A DNA stretch of 63,022 bases, filler included, from Choristocarpus tenellus KU-1152 (taxonomy: Eukaryota; Protista; Phaeophyceae): the NCBI GenBank assembly GCA_964200185.2. It is 12 parts of 12 records of this genome, joined end to end, with 100 filler letters (N's around TTAATTAATTAA, not from the genome) between each part and the next. Parts side by side here need not be neighbours in the genome. Positions count along the whole stretch, not along the records: positions 9,502 to 17,749 come from CAXNAD020004939.1; positions 17,850 to 26,489 come from CAXNAD020004499.1; 10 more parts are not named here. One strand, written 5' to 3'. The position numbers and the translations under genes were made by a program. Shown here in pieces: positions 11,520 through 25,002 of the stretch (positions within the stretch are counted from its first letter, which is position 1; the number at the start of each line of letters is the position of its first letter). Below the pieces are notes generated by a model that made no database searches, was not told the origin of the DNA, and was given only the letters and a program-made list of their open reading frames with translations.

Positions 11520-12500
11520 GTGCTGTCCTCTGCCTCAATTCATCAAGCAAGAGTCACATCGCAAGTGTCTTTTGTCAATTTCCACAGGTCTGCACCAACT
11601 CCCCCCTTTTCAGTCTTTGCTCACTTCCTGTGTGCTCGACCTCAAAATTGCTGCTGCCCTGTGCTTTGAGCACTTGTTTGTACTTCTTGAAAAGGCTCTG
11701 TCACACACTCTGAAGCATCTCACTGTCGTAATCGTTGAATATCGCTGAAATGCCCTCAACCATCCTTAATTGTGTCGTGACCCTCCTTCCAGATTCTACT
11801 TTGGAGGGATGAGAAAAACCCCAGATAATTTACGCTCAGGTCTGGCGATTGTGCTGGCTGCATCATGAGCTTAATATTTTGTTACCCATCCCTGCTGGGC
11901 TGCTTGAGCTTCTGCAGTATGTCATGGCCGGTGTGGGGCGTGGTGCCGTCCTGCTGCACGATCGCGTCCTCATGACGTAACCAGGGTGCCTTCTCCTTTA
12001 TCGTTTACTGAAGAGTCTCCTCTGGTACCATACATGGTCAATCATGACATCACACTTGTACACCTCGGCTCTTACGAGTCTCATCATAGTCCACTACGGT
12101 ATGGTTCTGCATGTTAACTTTCCCTTATCTTCGTGATCTTTGATGGGGTGAAGTCTGAGGGCTGACCTGATCTTTTTCTTGTCGTCAGGTTGAGCGTGTG
12201 ACCTTCAGCAAGCTGTTTGGTGATTTGTTTCCAGAGGTGCCCCAGATAACTCTTGCCGACATTGAACTTCACCAGGGCACTGCCAATGCCTTTGGGTAGA
12301 TGATTTCCCCCCAGAGGAAGGTTCATGGTGTACCTCACAGCAAGGGTATACCCACTGCCCTCACTCAGTTGGCATCCCATTTTGCACATTGTGGGACTCT
12401 CTGCATGACCTGATGGGTTCTGTATGTCACCTGTAGGACTCCCAGGCTCACAACTAGCACCTCCGATACTTGTCTGATCTCTTCTAGGGTGCTCATTGTT
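11520..12500 (-). mobile_element. Decayed mariner-like (DD40D) transposase
   Basis: VQQDGTTPHTGHD...IKLMMQPAQSPDLSVNYLGFFSSLQSRIW, then FNDYDSEMLQSV*QSLFKKYKQVLKAQGSSNF; internal stops. Confidence 0.85.
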
Positions 12501-13189
12501 GTTTGAGGTGGTGGGGGCAGTAGTTTGCGCCTTTGAGAGCTGGAAATTTCCACCTTAAAAGACCCGGAAATACCCTTTTCTCAGTTCTACTTTTCAGAAT
12601 TTTCCAGAATCAATGTTAAAACTGAAGGCATGGGCACATAGTAGAAACGTTCCTCTTTCATATGAGCTGCGTTTTATGTTCCGAGTTCTAGATCTCGAGA
12701 TATGCAACTCTGAACATAATCCCGAAAAGTTATGGAGCAGAGGGAGTATATATATACATGCATTTAAAAATCTATCAATATGATACAAATAGTTGAGGAG
12801 TCAAGTCACTTGCTCGTTCCATATCCATGCATATTATTTTTGTGGAGTACCTGACTTGCACACTCAGAAAGTAACTAAATACTCCAAGCATTACCCCAAA
12901 AATCAGATATCCAAAGGTAGGTGGGAGGGATTAGGAAAAAGAACCATGAGCCTCACAAGCCTCACCAGCATAATCATCAGCACTACCTCCTCAAGGATGC
13001 GCTGTTGATGTAACAAGACACTCACAATCAAACCTACAGTCACTTAGAAAAAATGTTTCGAGTACTCAACCCAGTGCAACAGATTGTGTGTGCAGCGGAT
13101 GCAAAGTCAGGGATATACTCTGGCATTTCAAGCGTACAGGAGGAGTTTTTTGATTGATGAGTATAGCCAGCCACAACAAATTAAACGCC

Positions 13190-16100
13190 TCAAGATGCTA
13201 GCGTATCTATAAGCTCATTGGCCAGCTCAGGACTCCCAGCACACAGAACAGAGGGACTACAGATGTGGAAGGCTGACCCATCCACCTGTTATGGAGGTCA
13301 TTTTTCGATCAGATGGCAGGTTGGGAAAAAAGGCGTTCAGTAATGAGAGTAGCATTGTTGACATGGTGGGGTGATGAGACATACTGTATCTAAGTACAGA
13401 TATTTTTGAATATATATTTTTCACTCCCTATATGCTTCAAACCTGAAAAACAATATATTTGTACTACTAATTCTGCAATGTATATAGCAGGGGAGTGTGT
13501 GAGAAAAAGGGGTGGTTGGTGTGTCCATACCTTGATCAGTCTACCAAGCTAAACAAAGAGGCAAGAGGCAGTTAATGTGAGTATCACCCACACATTCATT
13601 GCAGAAGAAGTGGATAAAATGCACATGACATACATTTAAACACGAAAAGAAAAATCTACAAGGAGCGAAGCTAGATGGCAGTCATCTTCTCGCTGTACAC
13701 AAGAAACTCCCCAAATTCACCCTTTGCCTTTGTCTGATATCACCTGTCTGGTCTACCATATGAATTGCTGCACAAGATAGAACAAACCAACATGTCACAA
13801 AATAGCTGAGACTGCAGACCTCCCCCCCTCCCACACACAATGCCAGTCTCACTCTATTGTGTGGAAACAAACCCAGAACACCAATATCTGTAACATCTGT
13901 GATGGGTTTGCCTGGTGTAGACACGTTGATTTGTACACCGAAGTAATTTTTTTTCTTTTTCAAATAAGATCACCAGGAGGAAGAAAGAATTACATTACAC
14001 ACAAAGAGTAGTCTATTCTATTCCAGGGATTTTCAATGACCCAGCATATTAAATTGGTCCCATTCTACAGTCGGATCAGGTCTTAACATTGTTTAACATA
14101 TTCGAACCATGTCAATCGGTCAGAGCTGGTCCAACATTGTCATTATTCCATTCTCCATATATGGTTGGAGAGAAAATATTTTAACAAAAAAGGGATGCTC
14201 ACATAGTCAGCCAATTGTATGTATGTATATATAATTGGTGCTTCCTGTGCTAGCCGAAGAAAAGTACAAATGAGAGGGATAAATGTTCCAATGATGTCAA
14301 GTACACGGCGATCGAATGTTTCAGGATGGAGAGGCCCTAGACGACCCTGTAGTTATATAGGTGATGTCGGACATGCTAAATATCCATCCCTGGGAAAACC
14401 TTGGTTTATTGAACAATTGACACATGTGATACTTTGATCTTGATGAGTCAAACCAACTGAATGAGAGGTAGGATCCTGACTGCAGAACGGGCTATTGTTG
14501 AAGTTTGGTGTCACTTTGTGTGTGGAAAGGGGGAATATCAATTTGGCGAGCACTATTGTGCATATATAAGCAATGAAATGAAATGTATTGCACAGGGTAA
14601 GAAAGATTACTTGGAATGGAAAAGGGTTCAAACCTGCCCACGTCTCAATTGGTTTGGGTCTGAGCTAAATTCTACATACAAGAACTAATTGAGAGATTGG
14701 GTGCTGCCTTCTAAGAAGACTACTTGTGTGCATTCCTCCAAGCACGGTTTTTCTAAAATCAAGAACACGTAACTCCTACAACAACCTGCATGACGGCATT
14801 CAAATAAAGTGCAAGAACTTCCTACATACCAAGTAGTTGAATCCCCAAACTACGGATGTGATCTTTCCCAGAAACTGGGGAATTCTGGGGTTGGTGTGTT
14901 GACACAACAACAATGTAAGATATGTGCATGGAAGTGATAGTATACACAAAGTCCTTATGTATTAGTTACGACCTCTGACATGTTGGAGATGTATCGGGGA
15001 AAAATCAAATTTATTTGACGAGGACCCCTATAAAAATAACAATAGCTGCTAATATCTCATCATACAGTCATTGGTTTCTCCACAGTCATACCATAATGCC
15101 AACCAAACTGTTACCGCCTATATATCCGTAACTGCTATGGAGGGTAGTAGTGATGATATTTATCTCCCTTTCTAGGGATTAAAAATGTAGGTATATGTAG
15201 ATACATCTTTTTTGGGGGGGGGAAATTCTGTTCCATTGGTTACCTTCAATTACAATTATCTTGTTGAATGATACAGTGCTCTAACAACGCATTCAGGGTA
15301 ATTTTGATCTGAGGTTCACTTTGGTGTAACACTTCACACCTGCATCTAGTTATTGAACTGCCGACGTCCATATGAGATTTGGGGGGTCTTTTTGCAACTT
15401 CTGATGGTTCTCCGATTATTCTAAGTTAGGAGGAAGACCATACTTGATTGTCAGAGAGAAGAGGATTAGTCGCAGAAACCTGTCTAGGGCGAATTTCGAG
15501 ACTCAAACCAATCAAGAGATATCAACGCCCCAAGAAAGGAGTCTCTGAATGAGGAACAAGAGAAACAAGAGGTCAAGAGAACTGGTCACAGAAGCACTTG
15601 CACACTAGGGGGCACCCTAAAATAAGATGGGGAGGGGGAGGCCAACCATAGATGAGGCAAGGGTCTGCATGGCTCATCTATGGCATAGTGGGACTTGAAT
15701 GCTGCCAGATGGCACGACCAAGAGGTTAGGGAAGCTGATGCCAAAGGGCAAACAGAAAAATTCAAGTTGGACAGTGGAGAGGTGCTTTCCAAGGAGCAGG
15801 CACATGTACTGCTGATCCTGTACTAAGATTCTTGCCTACAACCATATGGGGCAAACTGAGGTGGTGGGTGTCTGTCTAGCACTGGGTGTGGGATACAACA
15901 CCGCCTTCAGCTTTATAATATATTGGGAAGGAGAATGGGGAGATATTTTGCACCTGTGTTTTGTGGGGCTGGGAGGGGGATTGTTCAAGTAAACTCTGTT
16001 ACAAGGTTGCAAGCCCCTTAAATCACACCTATAGACGAGATAGAACTAACTCTTCATCCTTTCTCATCAATTGTTGGGAAGATGTGGTCTTATGTTTGGG

Positions 16101-17616
16101 ATCTGGTGAAAAAGACAACATTTGGGGTGGAACTCCCATTAAGAGGTCTGGGTACCACCCTGAAGTGCTTGGACTATGTGTGGAGAAGGGGTCGAATCAA
16201 GACCCCACCTCTAACAGAGGAAAGCATGTATTCTCGGGTTACTTGTCAAATGTTATGGGGAGGCCCTTAAGAAAGAAGTGAAAGAGACCACTGCCATTGC
16301 CTACACGGATAGATCCTCTTGCCATCAGCTGCAAGGCTCGGTAGAGTAGAAAACAGAACAATTTGAACCAACAAAAAAAAAAGCAGACTCTAATAGTCCG
16401 GTGTATATTGGTATCTGAATGACACGGATATCCTGTCATGAAGAGGCGAAACCATTGCACAAATCAAATTTGAAAACAAGAAGGATATCCCAAAAAACTG
16501 AAAAGATCGCCCTTTTCAGAATATACACCCCGTTGCATGCTACAGTGTGAGCCAAAGGTGCTACTATAGCCATTTCATACATATTTCATTGGAAGAATCA
16601 ACCTGTACCAGATCTTACAGTTGTTTGATTATCTCCAGTCTACTTTGTGATCCTTAAGTTTTTATTTCTTCCAAATTGGGCGGAGACAGAACATATTCCG
16701 ACTTGGGCGTTGAGTTAGGAACTCAAATCACTTCCAAGAGATCCAGCTTGCCCTCACATGTCCAATAATGTTTTTCGTGTATTTTCTACCTCAGAATATT
16801 CCGGAAGATAAAAAAATCTTGATGACTACTTCCCTCTGTACACAAAAGCATCTTCAGGATCTTCAGGTGATACTCCGGAATACATGCTACAGCATACCCA
16901 CAGTTCAGTGGTGGTAATAGTACTACTAGTACATAGTGCTAACTGAAACAGATAAGAACCGACTGGTCAAAGAGGTAGCAGGTGATGCACAGAGGACCTC
17001 CACGTCCACTTCTCTCAAGAGAAGTCTCAGCAAAAAATGATGCAGCGTCCACATATTCAACATGATATACCTGCAGGACTGTGGCACCAGCTTCCTCAGC
17101 AATGAGCCAGCCAGCAGCATAGTCCCATGGCTTCCATCCCTCTCCTGCCACACCTGCATACAATGCATCAGCCCTGCCACACCCAACCCAGCATAGGTCC
17201 AGGCAACCACTTCCCACCTTTTGGAATAACAAAAAGTGTCAAGAAGACAAAAGTAGCATGCAGAGGGGGGAGGGGGTTGTATGACAAGTACGTGAGGGTG
17301 GCAACTACAGCACTGCAAGATGCAATAGATTTTCCTTTTGCCTTCAACTAGGAGATACCTCAAGTTGGTTTAACGGTCTCCAAAGCACAACCCCAGGAGG
17401 GAGAGGAGATGCAAATGGGCATTGCAGGCAGCAGTGGCAAAATGGCTCCAAAATCAGAGCAAAAGCGGGGGCATGTATAGGAGACTTGCAATACAGACTA
17501 TGACCACCACTCTTGATGACCTGTCGGATCGCCCTGGCCTTTGAAACAACTTTCTCAGTGGCCTTCATCATGATGGCAATGGACTTAGCCTCTCGCTGGT
17601 ATCCGTACTCTGTGAT
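13190..17616 (-). CDS. Inositol monophosphatase family protein, last three exons (5' part missing)
   Basis: Exons 17521-17616 (ITEYGYQRE...KARAIRQ), 17071-17217 (VGSGCLDLCWVGCGRADALYAGVAGEGWKPWDYAAGWLIAEEAGATVLQ) and 13190-13285 (VDGSAFHICSPSVLCAGSPELANELIDTLAS*). All phase 0 with GT-AG; contains the IMPase WDxAAGxLIxxEAG signature. Confidence 0.9.
15580..16300 (+). mobile_element. Old RLE-type LINE 3' remnant inside the IMPase intron
   Basis: Fragmentary frames (RRGRIK...SRVTCQM) resemble the C-terminus of the LINEs at 8160-9362 and 42872-43070; highly degenerate. Confidence 0.3.
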
Positions 17617-17881
17617 CTTGAGTCGCAAAAAACAAAACACCCAAACCCAGCCATTCCCACAGTGGCAGCAAAAGTCAAGAGCACACCACAGTGACAGACA
17701 GGCAGAACAAAGAAGTGGAAAATAACAACACCAGGGGGGGGGGGGGGGGNNNNNNNNNNNNNNNNNNNNNNNNNNNNNNNNNNNNNNNNNNNNTTAATTA
17801 ATTAANNNNNNNNNNNNNNNNNNNNNNNNNNNNNNNNNNNNNNNNNNNNTAGGTTGATTGGGGTTGAGGGGAGGGGGGTAT

Positions 17882-17915
<34 letters not shown>

Positions 17916-18693
17916 GATGCATTTTGTGCGAGGTTTTCTGGGTTGAGTCTGCAACGGTATGTACGGGAGGGACAGAACTCTTGTGGCTTCAGAGATGATG
18001 CGTTCATATCTTGGGTTAGGGTTAGGGATGAGTCTCTCTCTCCAGAGTAGTCTGGTATTTTTTTGTATTTTTAATCTCAGAGAAGTCAAGTATTTTGCAA
18101 TATGGTTCATTATTTTTATCACTTTTCAAGGAAGGTATAGCTCCATGTACCAGCACATTTGTCCCTATTTTTTTCTCGATGAATTAAAAAAAAAAACAAT
18201 TAGCATTAAGAAGCATTTTAACAGAGTGGTGTCCCTGATGCGGTGGTACCTTCCTTGTGTCCGGTACTTAGTGACCCTTGGATCTGAATGAAGTGAGCCA
18301 TGTGTTTCTTCCACACCCACCCTGCCCTGTTGGTGTAGAATGGAGTCCGTACCCACGAATCTCTTTGAAGTATGAGTAGAATTGTCTTTGTCCATCTGAT
18401 AAATGCTCTCGTAGGTGCATTTGGTGGGACATACACTTGACTCACTCCACAACTGGAAGTGAGAACAGTCTTGACAGAAAACAGCCCTTATTTCACCGCT
18501 TTCATACTGTTGTCTATATTCTATTGACCATCAATACTGATAATATAAACGATAAGCCCCCTTCCAAAGTACCCTCCCTCCTCCCCCCCCCCCGCACACG
18601 CGCACGAGCACAATTCCGCCTACTTGCCTCGGGCCCCCCTCTCCCTCCCCCCTCTCCCTCCCTCTCACTGCCTTGGGCCTCCTTTTTTAACAG

Positions 18694-21600
18694 GTGTCTG
18701 GCATGAGCTGGCTGGCGATGTAAAATCAATCTGTGAGGAGTATGAACTCAAGGTGGAGACTGTGCATACACACATTGGCTCTGGTTCGGATCCAGCGGTG
18801 TGGCAGAAGGTGGGGGCAATTATTATTATTCTACTCTTTTCAGTTGGGTTTTTTGTTTTTCTTTGTGGGGGGTGAAAAAAAAAAAGATGTAATAGTCTAG
18901 AGGGTGTCTGGTCTGTATCTACTTTTTTTTTCAGTGTTTATTTCTTGAAAGTTTCCGGAGGATAGAATTCAGAATATGCATAATGTTTTTGTTTTATTTG
19001 TATTTTTTGATGGATAATCCGGTTGGGACGGTATAGGCTCACCTGGAATATTGAATTGTCGCTGTTGGTATGTGACACCTCTCTAGCTAGGGCTGGAGTG
19101 GGTGGGGGTACTGAAATTGCGTTAGTGGCAGGTTGGTGGGGATGGTGGGATGGGATCACAGAAGTGGAAGCGGGTAGTTGGCCCTCGGAAGTCCAATTGC
19201 CCTCTTTTTGAAATTTATGCACAGCGCCCCTCCTACCTCAAGCAAGCTCCACACATGCCCACACCTCATATATTACATACACTTAATACATGTACACATA
19301 CATGTATTATTAACCCTTTGGTCAAAAAAAAATCACAATATTTTTTTCTGTCCATGGGGGGCTCTGACTCCTCTTGCCCTCGCCGTTTAAAAATATTTGA
19401 ACTCTCTCTACTTCTCTTGCTCTTACGCCACTTGACCTTGACCTTAACCTTGATCTTAACTACCTTTTTACCCTTAGCAGCTTCGTTCGATGGTTGTACG
19501 TGACATGTGATGTACTTGTTTGTATCTGCTCTCTTAAGCATCGCTTGATGAAACGGTTTGCATTCAGACTAGAACTTTTTTTTTATAAGTGAGCTTGTGC
19601 ATGTATCTTATTATCCCTAACCTTGAACACGCCAGTGTTGGTGTTGTATTGAGTGGTATCCTCTATAGCTGTTGCTGCACCAATCGCAATCAATCCAGTA
19701 TGTTGTACAAGCACTTGAGCAGCAATCTTGACATGTTGAACTTGTCTTCTTCCTTTGTCCTTTTTTTGTGGGCCCGGGGGGGGGTGGGGGGGGGGGTTCT
19801 GCAGGTTGCAGGTATGACTCTTGACCTGGTTCGCCAGTTCCCTGATGTAAAGACCGTTGATCTCGGTGGAGGTTACAAGGTGAAGAGAAAAAAATCTTAC
19901 AACTTTTTTTTTTGTTATAAACAAGAAATAGAAAAAGGAAGATAGTGTGACCAATGGCATAATACATCGATGACAGTAATGTGTGTTGTGATGACGTGTT
20001 AGATTGACCTACCTACCACTGAAGAAGATGTGTCCCTATTTGGTGTTTACTGAAGTAACCAACCATTGGATCGATTTGATGGGATGATATTTTTCCTTTT
20101 TTTTTCTTTCTTCTCTTGGTTGGAAAATAGAGCCATTTTTGAAGGAAAAGGGGGGGTGGGGGGAGAGGGAAGACGGGTAATCTATGCTGAAACAGATGTG
20201 TGGACAAATAATAACTATGTTCCATGTGACTGGATTGTTTTTATTGAAGAACCTTTGGCAACTGCTTCATTTTCCCTCTAAGTATATATGTGTATGTATA
20301 GTTTTGAAGCATTTTGGGTTTGTTGGATGATGGCATTGGAGGTATGTCACTGTCTCAATCATGGTTGGATCACAATGGGTTGTTTTGGGACACCTTGTGT
20401 GTAAATGTTGCATCAGCTGTTTTAGCTAGTTTAAAGAGTCCATGGGACGTTTTTCCTTTGTGTACTTGGAGTTGTTTTATTTATATGGGGTTAGGGCATG
20501 GGTTAGGATGGCTCTTGACAAGTGAGTGTGTGTGTGTTTTAGTTTTGCAAAAACTTGTTTTTATTTGTGTTTGTAATGGAGTGTATTTTTTGGTGTGGGT
20601 ATGATGTGATACAACCTGCAATGCACCTACCTCTTTTAGTACACATATTAGAATTTTGTTTTTATTCCACACCATGCTGTGAACAAAGAATCGAAGACGG
20701 ATAAGCAGGGTTGATATCGTACCATATAGCCTTCCAAGGTGAAGACTAATGCGTGCGTTTGATTCAAAGAACCCCACCCACACGACAAATTCACTTGTAA
20801 GGTGTTGATCGTTTTATTTGATTCCTCCTCTAGAACAACCGACATAGGACCCCTCTCTATGGGTCTAGTTCAACCAAGTACGGGTTCACTTGTGGTTTTT
20901 TATTCTCATACTTCTTTTCAACAGTTTTTTTTATAGAAACTATAGCATTGCCTTGCATAGTGGTTGCTGGTGCTTAAGGATTTTGTTCTTGACTGCAAAA
21001 CTCTGTTTTTTTCCATGATGCGCCTGATCAAAACATCAATTCATTCCCTTCCTTTTTAGACAGGCCGTATGATGGATGAGGTTTCCACCGACATGCAGGC
21101 AGTCGGCATGCCTGTCAGAGACGCCTTCCATGCATTTTCCTCTGAGACCGGGCGGGAGCTGAAGCTAGAGATTGAGCCGGGAACGTTCCTGGTGGCCAAT
21201 GCAGGTGCACTGATCACCACAGTACAGGTGTGTACTTGTTGTAAAACCAGACAGAGCCTCTTGGGAGTTTGTGTGAGGTCAGTTGAAGGAGGCGGTGCTC
21301 TGATAGGCCGCTGCCTGCTTGTTGTCAAGAAGATTTATAGTTCAAGAGTTTTTCAGGAACAATCTCTTGTGGTTTTGATCTGGCTTAGATTGGTAGCGGT
21401 TGTGGTCATCGAAGGAGTCGTGGTAAGAGACCTCCCTGTGTTTGGTAGATTTGCATGTGAGGTTAATGAATCAGACCTATCTTTCTGAGGTTGAGAACAT
21501 TGAGTATTCAGTACTTCAAAGTAGCCTTTGTCACACCCCAGGATGACACAATGCCTTCCTAGACAACAGAAAACCATAGTCAAAACAGCCCTGAAGAGTT

Positions 21601-23815
21601 GGTGAACAAGTGGAGTCTGTCTCTTGCTTGAAATAATGGATGTTTGATGTTACAGACCAGGCTGTATTTGGAGAGTAGATGCATGTTGTAGACTGCGTGA
21701 GCTCAAGCGTTCTCTAAACAGCATATGCTTCGAAGGAAAGGAATCAAATCGTTGCCACAACAGCAATTGTTGAGGACAAGAGTAGTGCTACATGATGAAC
21801 ACTCTAGACATAATAGACCCTGGCATAATAGTAGTACGGGCAAAGGACGTTAAGGGGCAGGTGTTTTCGAAGTGCTGTCCTTTTACCAGACATGGCAGGA
21901 GATATATTCCTGTAACATTGTCTACATTAAGATAATCAATGAGGTGTGTATATCAGTTATTAGTATTATTTTGAACTTGATGTTTGTTCTGGATTGATTC
22001 CAAGCCTGTTCTATTATTGTAGTGGTACTGAGTATGTAGTATGATAATTGTAGACCCTCTTGACGTATTCAGAAAGAGAGCTAAGGTTGTGTTCAGAGAA
22101 CATTCCCACCACTGCTGTATGCGTTTTTTGGAGTCAATAGCTTCCGCCATGGAAGGTATTGTTGGTCTCGTTTTGTGATGCCAATGATGCAAGTACAAGA
22201 TAGAGTAGTCCAGTGCAGTACCCTTTTTTTTATTTTCCTCACTCCGGAAAATTACCATCGGCAGATTCGTTCCTCCCTGTTTCTCACTTGACCGATCATT
22301 ACAACATTGACAAAATTGACAGGATGTTGTAACGACTGGGTCGTCAGGCTATGATTTCATCAAGTTGGATGCAGGAATGACGGATCTCCTTCGGCCGTCC
22401 CTGTACGGAGCCCTCCATCCTATTGTTATTGTCCCCTCGGGGGGAGGGGGGAGGGCAAGGGGGAAGTCCGAGTATGTTGTGGTTGGGCACTGCTGTGAGT
22501 CTGGTGACTTGCTGACACCCAAGGTGGGATCACCGGAGGAGATCGATGAAAGACTCCTTACCAAGGCAGATATAGGTGAGGATATTGGTGCATAAATGCC
22601 TTGTTCGATATTCAGGAGTAGTCTTAAGAACTATTAGAGTACTCTGGAGTGTTGATGATTTATTCTGGAGTGCTTGGTACCACAAGAAACACAGGTTTCT
22701 CCCCCTTCCCGTCCCTTCCCCCACCCCATGTGAAGAAGTACATGCAGATGGGCTTGTATGTTGCTTCTTTTTTTTTTGTAATGAGATGGTAACAAACATC
22801 GACAGACAAAAATCAGTGAACAACAATTTTCACTGTTTTCACACTGCCTCCTTCCATTATACCTCTCTGATCTTTGTAGGGGCTTGCTGTGAGATTTGTA
22901 GTTACATTCTATGGTTAAGCAACTAACACACAATCACAAGAGGGGTGGGAAATCAGAACAGGTTAGTCATGGAGAATCTCTCCAGCATGCTCTGCCTAAC
23001 CTCGACTTAAGGTCGCTCTCCCTGCGTGCACCTTTCATCTTGCCACAGGTGATTTGTGTGTTGTGGAGGGATGTGGAGCATATGTTTCGGGAATGTGTGC
23101 CAAGAACTACAATTCTTTTCCTGAGGCACCTGAGGTAGGGATGATCGATGTTCCTGTGAGGATTTTAGTCTAATCTTTTCAGCTGGTGTCATGAGCATGT
23201 GCACCCACTAATATTCTACAACAGTGCCCTGGAGTGTATCATATTTTTTGGATATTGAATTGCCCTGTTACAATGAGAATGAATGCTGGTCGTTCTAGTT
23301 GTTTGTTATTGGAGGCAGATGGAGGTATATTGTAGTTTTGGTTATCGTAGGAGGTAGAAGTCTTTTGCCTTGGTGCTATTTTACTTTTTACTTCTCACTG
23401 AGTGTAGCCTTTCCCTTTTGTGAGATTCAAATGAAGAAGAGAAGTTAACTTGGTAGATTCTCTGTTTAGGAAGAGGTATCTCCTCAGGACGACTTTATGT
23501 TCGCACTTCAGATGCTCCTGGATGCTGTACTTTGATGCAAACTGACAACCCTTGATTTGTTGGCTAGAATTTTTTTCTGAGAGTTTCTCTCTCAGGCACT
23601 CCTGCTCTCTTTGACACACACATACACACGTTCACTGAAGACAACGTACTCCTGCCCTCCACCCGTGTCTCTGTTATATGGACTTGTCACTTGACCACAC
23701 ATGCTCCTAGATGATGCTGGATGGGAAAGGTGAATTGCATGTTATCCGTCAGCGCCAACAACTTGAGCAGATTACGCAGAATGAGGTCGAGGTTCCTCTC
23801 AAGATCTTCAAGTGA
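18694..23815 (+). CDS. lysA: Diaminopimelate decarboxylase (PLP-dependent, fold type III), last six exons
   Basis: Exons 18694-18809 (VWHE...[16 protein letters not shown]), 19805-19879 (...TVDLGGGYK), 21060-21227 (TGRM...[14 protein letters not shown]), 22323-22575 ([17 protein letters not shown]...[13 protein letters not shown]), 23049-23134 ([20 protein letters not shown]) and 23711-23815 (...VIRQRQ...IFK*). Phases join correctly; HxHIGS, GGG, EPG, RPxLY, CESGD and GAY motifs present. Confidence 0.95.
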
Positions 23816-24559
23816 TGTAGGGTTAGGGTTAGTCCTCTCAGTTGCATCTCCCGCTTCTCACACAGTCATTGGTCATTGGTGGTGGAGCCATGCATGACTT
23901 TGATGGGGGTGTTAGGTTGTTGTACTCAATTTTAATGCGACATACGTGTTCGGTATTGGACTTGGGGGCAAAATAGCATTTGGCAAGGAGGCGGGTAGTT
24001 GAACAACCGAAAGTGGAAGTAGAACTTTTCCGGCAGGTGACCTAGGGTAGTTACAGTTGAGACATGTAATTCAGATTCCATTGTGTTTTTTTTGTTGTGA
24101 GCCACATCTAATCCGGATTGTATCACACTATCTGAAGTATTGTAGTGTTGTTTTGCTTAACTCCGAAATATGTCAATCGTCAAGCAAAAACGAAGGGAAG
24201 AGCTTTGCTTCCACTCAACATACGGCAATTGAATCGCACCACCTGTCCGTGATGCTCTAGATACATACACACTTTTGGTAATAACTACTGTTGCTTTTAA
24301 GAACCTACACGCTAGCACTGGGTTCATCCCTTCTTGTGATCTTGAATTATCTTAATCTACTACTTGCTATGATACAAGATGTAGGGGGGGTTACACAATC
24401 AGTGCATCAAAGCACAGCCAGCTGTAGTACTACCATAATTAGTGTGTTTTTCGTAAAACTTTACTGAACTTGTAATACAAATGTGCTATATATGCATGCA
24501 TGCGGTAGAGTACTCTATACTCTAAAATGATATTATTTTCATGTGTTGTGTATGTATTC

Positions 24560-24710
24560 TGTGCAATATAGGCTAGTTAGTCTATAGAGTCTGTGTTTAG
24601 TGAACACTAAACAACAGAAGTATTGACTCAATAGTTTAATTTGAACTTACAAGTGACTGTTGGTCACTAAACACATAAGACTCTATAGACTACCTAGCCT
24701 ATATTGCACA
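24560..24710. mobile_element. 151-bp fold-back element/MITE with TGT...ACA termini and 5-bp TSD
   Basis: About 45-bp near-perfect TIR (TGTGCAATATAGGCTAG.TAGTCTATAGAGTCT...), flanked by TATTC at 24555-24559 and 24711-24715. Confidence 0.85.
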
Positions 24711-25002
24711 TATTCTTCAACCCAAGAGTTGCAATGGACAAAATGAAATACTTTTTTTCTTACTTGATAGTTTTCAAAGTCAGTTTATATCATTTTTATG
24801 TTACAGTCAACAATCAGCGTCTAGTAGTGAGTGGAAAACAAATTATTGAGAAGTACTGGTATCTTAGAATGATAGCCACTCCACATTCAACATGTAAAAA
24901 GTGTCCCTTGAGTTTTCCAGGGTTAAAACTGAAATGGTAACAATTTTGCATTTAACATGCTAAACTCGTTTGCAACACAGTTAGGACTCCTGATGCACAA
25001 GT

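Noticed and set aside
17915-17957. Possible additional upstream lysA exon (DAFCARFSGLSLQR before GTATGT)
   Set aside because: Lies in low-quality poly-G sequence at a contig start, has no acceptor, and lacks the expected RxNPG...NVGG segment.
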